Below are positions 44,408-53,304 of a stretch of 64,000 nucleotides of DNA, in pieces. This DNA comes from Candidatus Omnitrophota bacterium (lineage in GTDB: Bacteria > Omnitrophota > Gorgyraeia > 2-01-FULL-45-10). The stretch spans positions 437 through 64,436 of the forward strand of contig JAQUSB010000008.1 of NCBI GenBank assembly GCA_028715345.1, read 5' to 3'. The stretch's first letter is position 1; the number at the start of each line of letters is the position of its first letter. The notes below the pieces were generated by a model, which worked only from the letters and a program-made list of their open reading frames with translations, made no database searches and was not told the origin of the DNA. A program made the position numbers and the translations under genes.

Positions 44408-45850
44408 ATGAATAACAAAAACAGATATGACGCGATAATAATCGGTGCCGGCATAGGCGGATTGGTGTGCGGGTGTTATCTGGCTAAGGCAGGGCACAGG
44501 GTCCTTATAATAGAAAAAAATGACAGGCCCGGAGGTTGCTGTGTGACATTTAAAAGGAAAGGGTTCCGTTTCGATGCGGGAGCGCATATTCTGGGTAGCT
44601 GCGGTAGACACAGCGTATTGTCGAATATCCTAAGGCGTCTTAATATTGACCAGGAGTTTGTAAGAATGGAACCGGCGGAGAGATTTTTCTTCGGTTACGA
44701 TGAGTATGAGGTACCCGCGAATATCAGAGAATATATAACGTATTTGCAGGATAAATTTCCTTTAGAAAAAAAAGGTATAAAAGATTTTTTTGATAAACTT
44801 ATACATATTGCGCGAAATATAAACAGTTCCCGCATAGAATACGACAAAATCACTTATGAGGATCTCCTGAACAAAAATTTTAATGATATCAGGCTGAAGT
44901 CGGTGCTGTCTGCGCAGATAGGGTACCTCGGAATAACGCCGAACCGCATATCCGCAGTTGCTATGTGCGCCATGATGGCCAGCTATCTTAAGGACGGCAC
45001 ATATTATCCTATGGGTGGGGCTGGGCTCGTTTCGGATAAGCTTGCGGATAGATTTAAATCTTTAGGCGGGGAAATGCGCCTCCGCGCCGAAGTGGCGGGG
45101 GTAATTACCGATGATAGCGGGTCCGCGGTCGTTAAGGTAAAAAGCGGCAGGGGGAATGCGGTAGAATTTTACGGCGGTGCGGTAGTTTCCGACATAGACA
45201 TAGGCCGTCTATTCCGTGACCTTATACCGCGTTCTTCAATGCATAACACGATAAAAAGAAACTTAAGCGTCTCCGAACCTACACCGTCGCTTGCCATACT
45301 GTATCTTGGTGTTGAACTTGATAAAAAAGTAATAAAGAAAAAGGTCGGATGGCATTATCCGGATTACGATGTAAATATAAACCTGGATGACTGCTTGTAT
45401 ATAAGTTCGCCGAGCCTCTACGATGAATCCGCTGCGCCCAAAAATATGTCGGCAATGGAAGTTTTCCAGATTTGGGACTTTCCGGGGAAGTCCGGAGCCG
45501 CGGACTACAAAAAATACAAAAAAGAGATAGAGCGAAAAATGCTGGAGAAGGTCGTTGGAATAATCCCGGATATCAAAGATTCTCTGGTAGTTATAGATAG
45601 CGCGACGCCTGTTACTATCGAAAGATATACGGCTAATCGAAACGGTGCCGCCTACGGGTGGGCTATGACACCGGGCCAATATGATCGGAACGATATCATG
45701 TCGGATGGATTGGCGGACGCAGGTATATATCTCGTCGGTCACTGGACTAACCCTGGCGGCGGTGTTCTGGCTGCCGCAATATCGGGGTATAGTGTTTCCA
45801 GAAAAATGATTACAGACGGTGTATTTAAAGGAGCAGCGGTAAAAATATGA
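44408..45850 (+). CDS. FAD-dependent oxidoreductase of the phytoene desaturase (CrtI-like) family
   Basis: N-terminal dinucleotide-binding motif YDAIIIGAGIGGLVCGCYLAKAGHRVLIIEKNDRPGG, 480 aa. Confidence 0.65.
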   Translation: MNNKNRYDAIIIGAGIGGLVCGCYLAKAGHRVLIIEKNDRPGGCCVTFKRKGFRFDAGAHILGSCGRHSVLSNILRRLNIDQEFVRMEPAERFFFGYDEYEVPANIREYITYLQDKFPLEKKGIKDFFDKLIHIARNINSSRIEYDKITYEDLLNKNFNDIRLKSVLSAQIGYLGITPNRISAVAMCAMMASYLKDGTYYPMGGAGLVSDKLADRFKSLGGEMRLRAEVAGVITDDSGSAVVKVKSGRGNAVEFYGGAVVSDIDIGRLFRDLIPRSSMHNTIKRNLSVSEPTPSLAILYLGVELDKKVIKKKVGWHYPDYDVNINLDDCLYISSPSLYDESAAPKNMSAMEVFQIWDFPGKSGAADYKKYKKEIERKMLEKVVGIIPDIKDSLVVIDSATPVTIERYTANRNGAAYGWAMTPGQYDRNDIMSDGLADAGIYLVGHWTNPGGGVLAAAISGYSVSRKMITDGVFKGAAVKI

Positions 45851-48000
45851 ATATTTATGCTGTTACTTCACTAATAGGCTGGACCTCGTCTTTATTTCTG
45901 GGGATTTTCGTTTATTTAAGAAATCGGGATAGGGATATAAACAGGACATTCGCGCTTCTTAGTCTCGGAATTTGTGTATGGGTTTCCGGCTGCTTTTTGG
46001 AAAGCTCTATTCATTCTAAAGCCTTGGCGCTGATTTGCGATAGATATCTCTACACCGGAGCAGCATTTGCGCCTACACTATTTTTACACTTCAGTTTGGT
46101 TGTTACCGAAAACAAGAAGCGAAAATTGCTTAAGGTCGCATACGCATTTTCTGTGTTATTTTTGTTTTTTAATCTCGTGCCGCAATTACGACCGTTTTTT
46201 ATACGGGATGTTGAGCATATATTCCCGTTCAGGTACATAGCGCTTCCGGGGCCGGTATGGTTTTTCTATTTGGCGTATTTTTTGTCTTGCGGATTAAGCT
46301 CATTATGCGTTTTTATAAAAGCGCTTAGAGGAGATCTTACCACCTATAAAAGACAGCAATTGAAATATATGCTTGTTTCAATGCTAGTTATTTATACTGC
46401 AGCATGTATGTATCTGGCCCTGGTATTCAGCGTAGCATCACCGCCTATCGATAATCTTTTGGTCGCAGTTTTTAGTTTTATAACGGCTTATGCCATAGTC
46501 CGCCATAAGCTGATGGACATAGAAATAATCATAAAAAAGACCCTTGTCTTTGCGGGGCTTTTGGCTTCGGTCTTTACTATATTGATCCTGCCGACACTGC
46601 TCCTGCAGGACTACATATTGAGGAGCGCGAGTTTCACCGCTAAAATATTGGGCCTGGCGATAAGCGGAGTCGTTATCATTCTTACGATGCGCCGCATAGA
46701 GAATTTTTTGATAAATGTTACCGATAAATATCTTTTTCAAAAGAAATATGACTATAAGGAATTGCTGAAGACTTTTACGAACGAGGTCTTGACGGTTCTT
46801 GAACTTGATAAGCTTGTGAATCTGACCGTCGACAACCTGATGAATACGATAAAACCCAATTCAGCCGCGGTATTGCTATTCAATAGCGAAGAGCAGCAAT
46901 TCGAAGTGAAGGCCCAGCGTAATATCAAAGACCCGGACATCAAGCTGATCAGACCCGACGGTATCGTGACATTCATGGAAGAGACGCACGGTTACCTGCT
47001 CGTGAAGGAACTTCACGATAAAAAGGTATTCGTACCGGATACCGTGCAGGAGATAATAGATAAGTTGGACGCGGAGCTCATCGTACCCATGGTAATGCAC
47101 GATGAGGTCATAGGCATGGTCTCACTCGGCAAGAAAAAGTCCGACGATGATTATTCGCAGGACGACCTTGACATATTGCTCCCGCTGGCGCAGACCCTTG
47201 CCATAGCCATAGCGAACGCGCGGCTCTTCGACGAGCTCGGCAAGACGCAGGCCGAGGCCGCCCAAAAAGATAAGATGGCGGTCATCGGCACGCTGTCGGC
47301 CGGCATAAACCACGAGATATGCAATCCGCTCGGCATCGCCAGGGGGCAGTGCGAAGCTTTCCTTCTCAATATAAAGGATGGGCTTTACAAAGCGAAGACG
47401 ACGGAAGAGCTTTTGACGAAAGCCAAAGATATAATGGCCAAAGTCATCCACGAGACGGACAGGGCGACGGCGATAACGAAGAAGCTGTCGCAGTTTGCCA
47501 AGCCCGCCAAGGGCGAATCGGAGCTGGTAAATGTAGGTAAGGAGATCGACGACGTCTTAAGCTTGGTCGGGTACGAGCTGAAATTGGAGAAGATAGAGAT
47601 AGCGAAAAAGATACAGGAAAACCTGCCGCACATATTCGTCGACAAAAAACAGCTCCAGGAAGTCCTCTTCAACCTCATCCGCAACGCAGGGCAGGCCGTG
47701 GGCGAGAAAGGCAGGATCACCATATCGGCCCATACGGAACGCGACAGAGTTTTCATAGACGTTCAGGATACGGGGGTCGGAATACCGGAGGACAAGATAA
47801 AGCAGTTATTCAACCCGTTCTTTACGACCAAGGATCCGGGCAAAGGCACGGGGTTGGGGCTTTTCATAACACGCCAGGTAATAGAAAAGAACGGCGGGCG
47901 CATTTATCTTAAATTTACCAAAATAGGCGAGGGGACGACGTTCACGCTGGAATTCCCCGTAGGCGCCAAAGAGATGGAGAAAGAGAAGGCGAAGAAATGA
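45847..48000 (+). CDS. Sensor histidine kinase (N-terminal multi-TM sensor, GAF, HisKA, HATPase)
   Basis: About 7 N-terminal TM helices, GAF-like middle region, H-box AGINHEICNPLG, N/G boxes in the HATPase_c domain (GTGLGL). Confidence 0.8.
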   Translation: MNIYAVTSLIGWTSSLFLGIFVYLRNRDRDINRTFALLSLGICVWVSGCFLESSIHSKALALICDRYLYTGAAFAPTLFLHFSLVVTENKKRKLLKVAYAFSVLFLFFNLVPQLRPFFIRDVEHIFPFRYIALPGPVWFFYLAYFLSCGLSSLCVFIKALRGDLTTYKRQQLKYMLVSMLVIYTAACMYLALVFSVASPPIDNLLVAVFSFITAYAIVRHKLMDIEIIIKKTLVFAGLLASVFTILILPTLLLQDYILRSASFTAKILGLAISGVVIILTMRRIENFLINVTDKYLFQKKYDYKELLKTFTNEVLTVLELDKLVNLTVDNLMNTIKPNSAAVLLFNSEEQQFEVKAQRNIKDPDIKLIRPDGIVTFMEETHGYLLVKELHDKKVFVPDTVQEIIDKLDAELIVPMVMHDEVIGMVSLGKKKSDDDYSQDDLDILLPLAQTLAIAIANARLFDELGKTQAEAAQKDKMAVIGTLSAGINHEICNPLGIARGQCEAFLLNIKDGLYKAKTTEELLTKAKDIMAKVIHETDRATAITKKLSQFAKPAKGESELVNVGKEIDDVLSLVGYELKLEKIEIAKKIQENLPHIFVDKKQLQEVLFNLIRNAGQAVGEKGRITISAHTERDRVFIDVQDTGVGIPEDKIKQLFNPFFTTKDPGKGTGLGLFITRQVIEKNGGRIYLKFTKIGEGTTFTLEFPVGAKEMEKEKAKK

Positions 48001-48368
48001 GTAAACCCGTAATAGTAGCGATAGACGACGAGCCCGAATTTATACGGTTTTTGCAGGACTATTTCGAACCCCGCGAGTATGAATTGCACGTCGCCCTGCG
48101 CGGCGCCGAAGGGATCGAACTTGTCAAAGAAAAGAAACCGGACGTCCTTTTGACGGACCTGAAGATGCCGGGCATAGACGGCGACGAAGTATTGAAGCTG
48201 GTGAAATCGATGACGCCTTCGCCGAAAGTCATATTCATAACGGCGTATGACGACGGAGGAAAGACCAAAGCGCGGCTTACGAAGATGGGCGCATTCGCCT
48301 GCCTCGACAAGCCGATAGGTTCATTGAAAAGCCTGGAAGACATGATCAATAAGGCTGCAGAAAAGTAA
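47997..48368 (+). CDS. Single-domain response regulator (REC only)
   Basis: DDE...LLTDLKMPG...K receiver signature, 123 aa, no output domain. Confidence 0.8.
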   Translation: MSKPVIVAIDDEPEFIRFLQDYFEPREYELHVALRGAEGIELVKEKKPDVLLTDLKMPGIDGDEVLKLVKSMTPSPKVIFITAYDDGGKTKARLTKMGAFACLDKPIGSLKSLEDMINKAAEK

Positions 48369-48380
48369 AGGAGTAGAAGT

Positions 48381-48737
48381 ATGAAAAAAATTCTGGTGGT
48401 TGACGACGAACATGACATATGCGACTTTGTTCAGAGCTTCTTCCAGGAGAGGGGGTATGCCGTTGTTACGGCTTCCAGCGGGGAGGACGCCCTTGTCGCG
48501 ATCAAGAACGAAAAACCGGACCTTGTCCTTCTCGATATAAAGATGAAAGGTATGGACGGCATAGCAGCGCTGAAGCATATCAAGGACATGGATAAGAATA
48601 TAAAAGTGGTAATGGTCACCGCCATGGAGGAACAGGAGAGGATGGACGAGGCATGCAGGCTTGGCGCTTGCGAGTACATCACGAAACCGCTCGTTCTCGA
48701 TAATCTTGAAAACGCCGTGGAGAAGAATATAAAATAA
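48381..48737 (+). CDS. Single-domain response regulator (REC only)
   Basis: VVDDEHD...LVLLDIKMKGMDG...K, 118 aa, no output domain. Confidence 0.8.
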   Translation: MKKILVVDDEHDICDFVQSFFQERGYAVVTASSGEDALVAIKNEKPDLVLLDIKMKGMDGIAALKHIKDMDKNIKVVMVTAMEEQERMDEACRLGACEYITKPLVLDNLENAVEKNIK

Positions 48738-48783
48738 AGTAAATTTAGGTAAGTGGACCGCAAAAGAAAGGGGCAGATGATTA

Positions 48784-50166
48784 ATGGCTAAACCTAAAAA
48801 AGCGCCGAGCTGGGACAAACTGCATAATCTCTTTATAGAGAATTCCGCAGGCAGGACCGGCAATCGCACGCCGCCGCAGGCTAATAAAAACAGGACCAAC
48901 AGGACCGAAGAGAGGCCGAGCATGGAGAAGGAAGGCCCGAAATACGATTACCAGGCATTCCTGGAAAAAGCGTCGAGGACGATGATAAGGTTCAAGAAGC
49001 CGGAACACCTTATCAAGATGATAGTCCGGACGATCGACGAGCAGCTCAAGGTCACGCACACCGCCGTATTATTATTCAAAGAGCATAAGCACTCATACAT
49101 TCTGATAGATTCCAAAGGCTCCCAGGGCGTAAAGATACCGATAGGATTCATAAAATTGGTGGCGGACAACCCGCTCATCAGCGTATTTGCCGAAAAGCAG
49201 AGTTACCTCATCTCCGAGACAGGGATACTGAGATACGACGACGTCATCGTGGGCCTGAGAAACCGCGAGATACTGGAGCGCCAACCCGATCTTTACGACA
49301 AACTGCTCCTTATAAAGAAGCAGATGGATCTGATCAAAGCGAAACTTTGCATACCATGCTATTTCAAGCGCGACCTGCTCGGCATCCTCGTCCTGGGCGA
49401 AAAGATATCGGGAGAAAGTTTCACCCGGGAGGAGATGAGTTTCTTCGTAACGCTCGCCAACGATGCCGCGATGGCGATCGCGAACGCGCTGCTCATCGAG
49501 AACCTGCAGCAGAAGATCGAGGAGATAAAAGAGCTGTACGTCCGTGAGCACCGCATATTCATCCATACGGCGATAGCGATGGCCGCGGCCATAGACGCGC
49601 GCGATCCTTATACGCACGGCCATACGGAGAGGGTCACCACCTACTGCCTTGCGATAGCCAGGGAGCTGGAGGGGATACCCGAGATGGCGAATTACAAGAA
49701 TTTCCGCGAGACGCTCCAGATATCGGCGCTCTTGCACGACATCGGGAAGATCGGCGTGCCGGACCATATCCTGAATAAGCACGGCAAGCTCGCGCCCGAG
49801 GAATTCGAAGAGATAAAGAAACACTCGATAATAGGCGCGACGATACTTCACCCGATCAAAGAACTGAGCGATGTCGCCAGGGAAGTGCGCCACCATCAGG
49901 AATGTTTCGACGGTTCCGGCTATCCGGATGGCTTGCGGGGAACGGACATACCGCTGATAGCCAGGATAATAGCTGTGGCCGACGCGTTCGATGCCATAAC
50001 TACCGACAGGCCGTACAAGAAAAAGAAGAATATCGAGGACGCGATACAGGAGATAAAACGCTGTTCCGGCACTCAATTCGATCCGGTCATCGTGAGCGCG
50101 TTCCTTTTGGCCTACGAGAAGGGGAATGTAATTACGAGCAGTAACCAAGAGAACCGGATGAAGTAA
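48784..50166 (+). CDS. GAF-HD-GYP domain protein (predicted c-di-GMP phosphodiesterase)
   Basis: HD motif (HTERVTTYCLAIA...LLHDIGKIGVPD) and GYP motif (HHQECFDGSGYPDGL); GAF-like N-terminal half. Confidence 0.85.
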   Translation: MAKPKKAPSWDKLHNLFIENSAGRTGNRTPPQANKNRTNRTEERPSMEKEGPKYDYQAFLEKASRTMIRFKKPEHLIKMIVRTIDEQLKVTHTAVLLFKEHKHSYILIDSKGSQGVKIPIGFIKLVADNPLISVFAEKQSYLISETGILRYDDVIVGLRNREILERQPDLYDKLLLIKKQMDLIKAKLCIPCYFKRDLLGILVLGEKISGESFTREEMSFFVTLANDAAMAIANALLIENLQQKIEEIKELYVREHRIFIHTAIAMAAAIDARDPYTHGHTERVTTYCLAIARELEGIPEMANYKNFRETLQISALLHDIGKIGVPDHILNKHGKLAPEEFEEIKKHSIIGATILHPIKELSDVAREVRHHQECFDGSGYPDGLRGTDIPLIARIIAVADAFDAITTDRPYKKKKNIEDAIQEIKRCSGTQFDPVIVSAFLLAYEKGNVITSSNQENRMK

Positions 50167-50192
50167 ATTTCTGACTTTTTTATAACCTTACT

Positions 50193-50238
50193 AAATGCTG
50201 CAACATATTGAATTTAAATGTGTTGCAGCATTTTTATA
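50193..50238 (+). terminator. Rho-independent terminator after the HD-GYP gene
   Basis: aatgctgcaacatattgaatttaaatgtgttgcagcatt (about 14-bp stem, one mismatch) followed by tttttatat. Confidence 0.7.
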
Positions 50239-50356
50239 TAAAGATTTGCGAAAGTAAGATTTCGCCGCTATTGTCAGCGCGCGATTTTGTGGTATACTTT
50301 TTGTATTCTCGCTTGGCGAACCGGCTAATTAAATATGGCCGAAAGAAGGTGAGAAT

Positions 50357-50938
50357 ATGATGAAGATCCTCATTACCCTCCGAAGACGCAAAACCCACAG
50401 ATACTTGATAAATCTCTTTACAAAATCCCTGATAGCCGAAGTAAGAAAACTTATCGCCGCGCGCGACTTTGCTTTGGCTATGGAATTGGTGTATAAGGAA
50501 GGTTTGATGGAGCGGGAAGTAATGGAAGAAGAGGTCCCGACCATAAAGACGGACCTTATACTTTCCGAATATTGCGCCAACTGGGATTTGACGAAATAAG
50601 AATAATAGTAATAGAATATAGTAATAGGGGACGGTCCATAACGTGCCACAAATACAAAGAAACATACCTATTTGACATATATCATTATTGTATAATGTCG
50701 AATCATTTCCATATCCTTCTTAAAGTCCGTTACGGTGTAGCCCTGCCAAATATCCTTCGGATTATAGTTGGTCTAGCTACAATTTTTACGCAAAAGGTAG
50801 GCAAGATGATATAATAACAGAAAATCCGTTTTATAATGGTATGAGCGCGGTACCGGAAGCGAGACAGCGTCGTTATAGTGATTATGTGTTGGAAGCTCGA
50901 CCGTATGAGAATATAATAGATGCAGCTATGATGGGCTA
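50357..50938 (+). pseudogene. Degraded IS200/RAYT-like (Y1 HUH) transposase relic, split over three frames
   Basis: Frame-2 ORF ends ...DLILSEYCANWDLTK; frame-1 ORF has YHYCIMSNHFHILL (HUH motif, cf. AYCLMSNHFHLV); frame-2 at 50816-50938 gives RQRRYSDYVLEARPYE (cf. WQRRYYDHVIRDEE). The pieces are in the correct order but frameshifted and shortened. Confidence 0.45.
50627..50639. repeat. Inverted partial copy (ggggacggtccat) of the 18-24 bp repeat found at 50940 and 51786
   Basis: Reverse complement of atggaccgtcccc; lies inside the transposase relic. Confidence 0.6.
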
Positions 50939-50939
50939 A

Positions 50940-50965
50940 GGGTGACCCTGAATGGACCGTCCCCC
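50940..50965. repeat. Direct repeat copy A: GGTGaCCCTGAATGGACCGTCCC
   Basis: Matches 51786-51810 at about 23 of 25 positions; located 19 nt upstream of the FkbM methyltransferase start. Confidence 0.7.
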
Positions 50966-50983
50966 CCAATTTACACAATTTAA

Positions 50984-51781
50984 ATGCCAAAACTTGATAA
51001 AGTATTATTCGATTTAATCCCAAACGGAACGATAAAAGATATCCTGAGAAGCGCGTATTACTTTTTCTATTATAACAAGAAGCGTGCCGGACAAAACGGT
51101 TTCTCCATATACTATAAAAAAGGATATTATGAATATGTATTTCCTAATGGTATAAAATTTAAATGCTATGAGAAAATAATCGATGACCTTCAGAGAAGCC
51201 TACCCGGATATATAGCAAAAAACACTATAAGAAGAGGCGGCATTATTATAGATTGCGGTGCATATATCGGTGAATTTACTTTATATGCAGCTAAAGCCGT
51301 CGGTGAGAATGGGAAGGTCATAGCGTTTGAACCGGATCCGGATGCATATGAAAAATTAAGTGCTAATATTTCATTGAATAATTTAAAGAACGTAATTTTA
51401 ATCAAAAAAGGGGTGTGGTCAAAAACGGATAAAATGAAGTTTGTGGGAGGGACACAAAGCGGTAATTTGTTCGCCGACAAATTGAACGATAACACAATTT
51501 CATATGAGGTTATTGTTACAAGCCTTGATGATGAACTTGGAGATCTCGGAATAATAAAAGTCGATTTTATAAAAATGGATATAGAAGGCGCCGAGATAGA
51601 AGCGCTTAAAGGAGCCAGAAAAATACTGGCAGAAAATAATACTCATCTTGCGATTGCATCATACCATAGTATTAATGGACAAAAGACATACATGGAAATC
51701 GAAAAAATATTGAAGAGTTTTGGTTATAAAAGCGAAACAGGATACCCCTCCCACTTAACAACGTATGGATATAAATCATGA
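50984..51781 (+). CDS. FkbM-family SAM-dependent methyltransferase
   Basis: IIDCGAYIGEFTLYAAKAVGENGKVIAFEPDPDAYEKL (FkbM-type Rossmann-like core), 265 aa. Confidence 0.7.
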   Translation: MPKLDKVLFDLIPNGTIKDILRSAYYFFYYNKKRAGQNGFSIYYKKGYYEYVFPNGIKFKCYEKIIDDLQRSLPGYIAKNTIRRGGIIIDCGAYIGEFTLYAAKAVGENGKVIAFEPDPDAYEKLSANISLNNLKNVILIKKGVWSKTDKMKFVGGTQSGNLFADKLNDNTISYEVIVTSLDDELGDLGIIKVDFIKMDIEGAEIEALKGARKILAENNTHLAIASYHSINGQKTYMEIEKILKSFGYKSETGYPSHLTTYGYKS

Positions 51782-51785
51782 TTTA

Positions 51786-51810
51786 GGGGTGGCCCTGAAT
51801 GGACCGTCCC
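51786..51810. repeat. Direct repeat copy B: GGTGgCCCTGAATGGACCGTCCC
   Basis: Begins 5 nt after the methyltransferase stop; together with copy A it brackets the gene. Confidence 0.7.
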
Positions 51811-51866
51811 TCATGATCCTCGGATTTGTGATTGAATGCAACGTAATAAAATAGTAAAATATCTGC

Positions 51867-53294
51867 ATGTCCGAAAAACACGAAAGAGTACTTCTTGTAA
51901 ATCCTCCCGAAAGCGGAAGAGGATCCGCTTCCACCCCGCCGGTCGGATTACTGTATTGTGCCGGCGTCCTGCAAAAACAGAACATTCCGGTCGGCGTTAT
52001 AGATGGATTTATAGACGGCTGGCATGGCATAGTGGAAAAAGCCGTAAAATTCAAACCCACCCTGATAGGCATAACATGTCCCACATACGCCAGGTCCAAA
52101 TCATTAGAGGCCGCAAGGCTGATAAAAAAAGAAGTTCCCGGGGCAAAGATAATATTCGGCGGCCCTCACGCGACGATAATGGGGGAGCAGCTTCTCAAAC
52201 ACTACCCGTTTATAGACATGGTAGCCATAGGCGAGAGTGATTTTCTTATCCCGGATATCTGTAACGGCGTTGCCCCGGAAGATATCCCCGGCGTCGGATT
52301 CAGGAGATCGGACAAGATAGTATTGACCGGTAAGCGCCTTAATATCGAAGATCTCGACACCATTCCTTTCCCCGCCTGGAACCTTATCAGCCCCAGAAAA
52401 TACAGCACCGATGACCGCGGCATATACAATGGGGTGGATCTTGATGCCGAACCCTGCGGTTTCCTAATCTTTTCCCGCGGCTGTATCGGAAACTGCAATT
52501 TCTGCTCCAATAAGCTTACGTGGAACAGGTGGCGATGCCGTTCTCCCAAAAATATGGCCGACGAGATCGAACTTATCAATAAGGAGTATGGCATAAGGCA
52601 TTTCCACTTTAATGATGATTGTTTTTCCACAGACTCAAAAGCTGTCATAGCGCTGTGCGACGAAATCGTAAGGAGGGGCCTAAAAATATATTTCGACATA
52701 GTGACCCGCGCGGATTGCGTCGACGAAGCCCTAATCAAGTCTCTTAAAATGGCCGGGTGCTATAAAATAAATTTTGGGATAGAGACGGCCTCGTCGAGCC
52801 TTTTGAAAATAATGGGCAAATCGATAGATACCGAGCGGCCTATGAAGGCGATACGGCTTACACTTTCTTCCGGGGTGCAAGCCGGCGTATTTATTATAGC
52901 CGGTTGTCTGGGGGAGACATGGAAGACTGTGAACGAGACCATCGATTTTTTGAGCTCTATTAACGGAGCCAGGATAAGCGTATCGCCCGGCATGATGGTA
53001 TTCCCCGGCACCCGTCTTTACGAGCACGCGAAAAAGAAGAATTTCATAAACGAAGATTTTTGGCTGACCGATTATAACTGGAAGATCTATACCGCGGAGA
53101 ATTCCAGGCTGCAATTGAATATATACGCCGAGGCCCTGAGAAAGAAGAAGAAACTGTCCAGGCATTTTATGGTCAATGCGTTACGTTACCATAGGTTTCT
53201 TGCCAAAGAGGCGGAATACAGCGTAAAAGCTCTGTTGGCAAAATGCGGCATAAAGAAAAGTATAAAGAAAAATAAATACAAAGTCGCGTATTGA
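51867..53294 (+). CDS. B12-binding-domain radical SAM protein
   Basis: N-terminal cobalamin-binding-like domain, CIGNCNFCSN (CxxxCxxC) radical SAM cluster motif, 475 aa. Confidence 0.8.
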   Translation: MSEKHERVLLVNPPESGRGSASTPPVGLLYCAGVLQKQNIPVGVIDGFIDGWHGIVEKAVKFKPTLIGITCPTYARSKSLEAARLIKKEVPGAKIIFGGPHATIMGEQLLKHYPFIDMVAIGESDFLIPDICNGVAPEDIPGVGFRRSDKIVLTGKRLNIEDLDTIPFPAWNLISPRKYSTDDRGIYNGVDLDAEPCGFLIFSRGCIGNCNFCSNKLTWNRWRCRSPKNMADEIELINKEYGIRHFHFNDDCFSTDSKAVIALCDEIVRRGLKIYFDIVTRADCVDEALIKSLKMAGCYKINFGIETASSSLLKIMGKSIDTERPMKAIRLTLSSGVQAGVFIIAGCLGETWKTVNETIDFLSSINGARISVSPGMMVFPGTRLYEHAKKKNFINEDFWLTDYNWKIYTAENSRLQLNIYAEALRKKKKLSRHFMVNALRYHRFLAKEAEYSVKALLAKCGIKKSIKKNKYKVAY

Positions 53295-53304
53295 GCGGGC
53301 GGAT

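Noticed and set aside
38875-45850. Assigning the lipid cluster to the aryl-polyene (APE) family
   Set aside because: The APE-typical thioesterase, LolA-like/MMPL export genes and acyltransferase are absent, and a thioester reductase plus a CrtI-like oxidoreductase are present instead. I kept the call generic.
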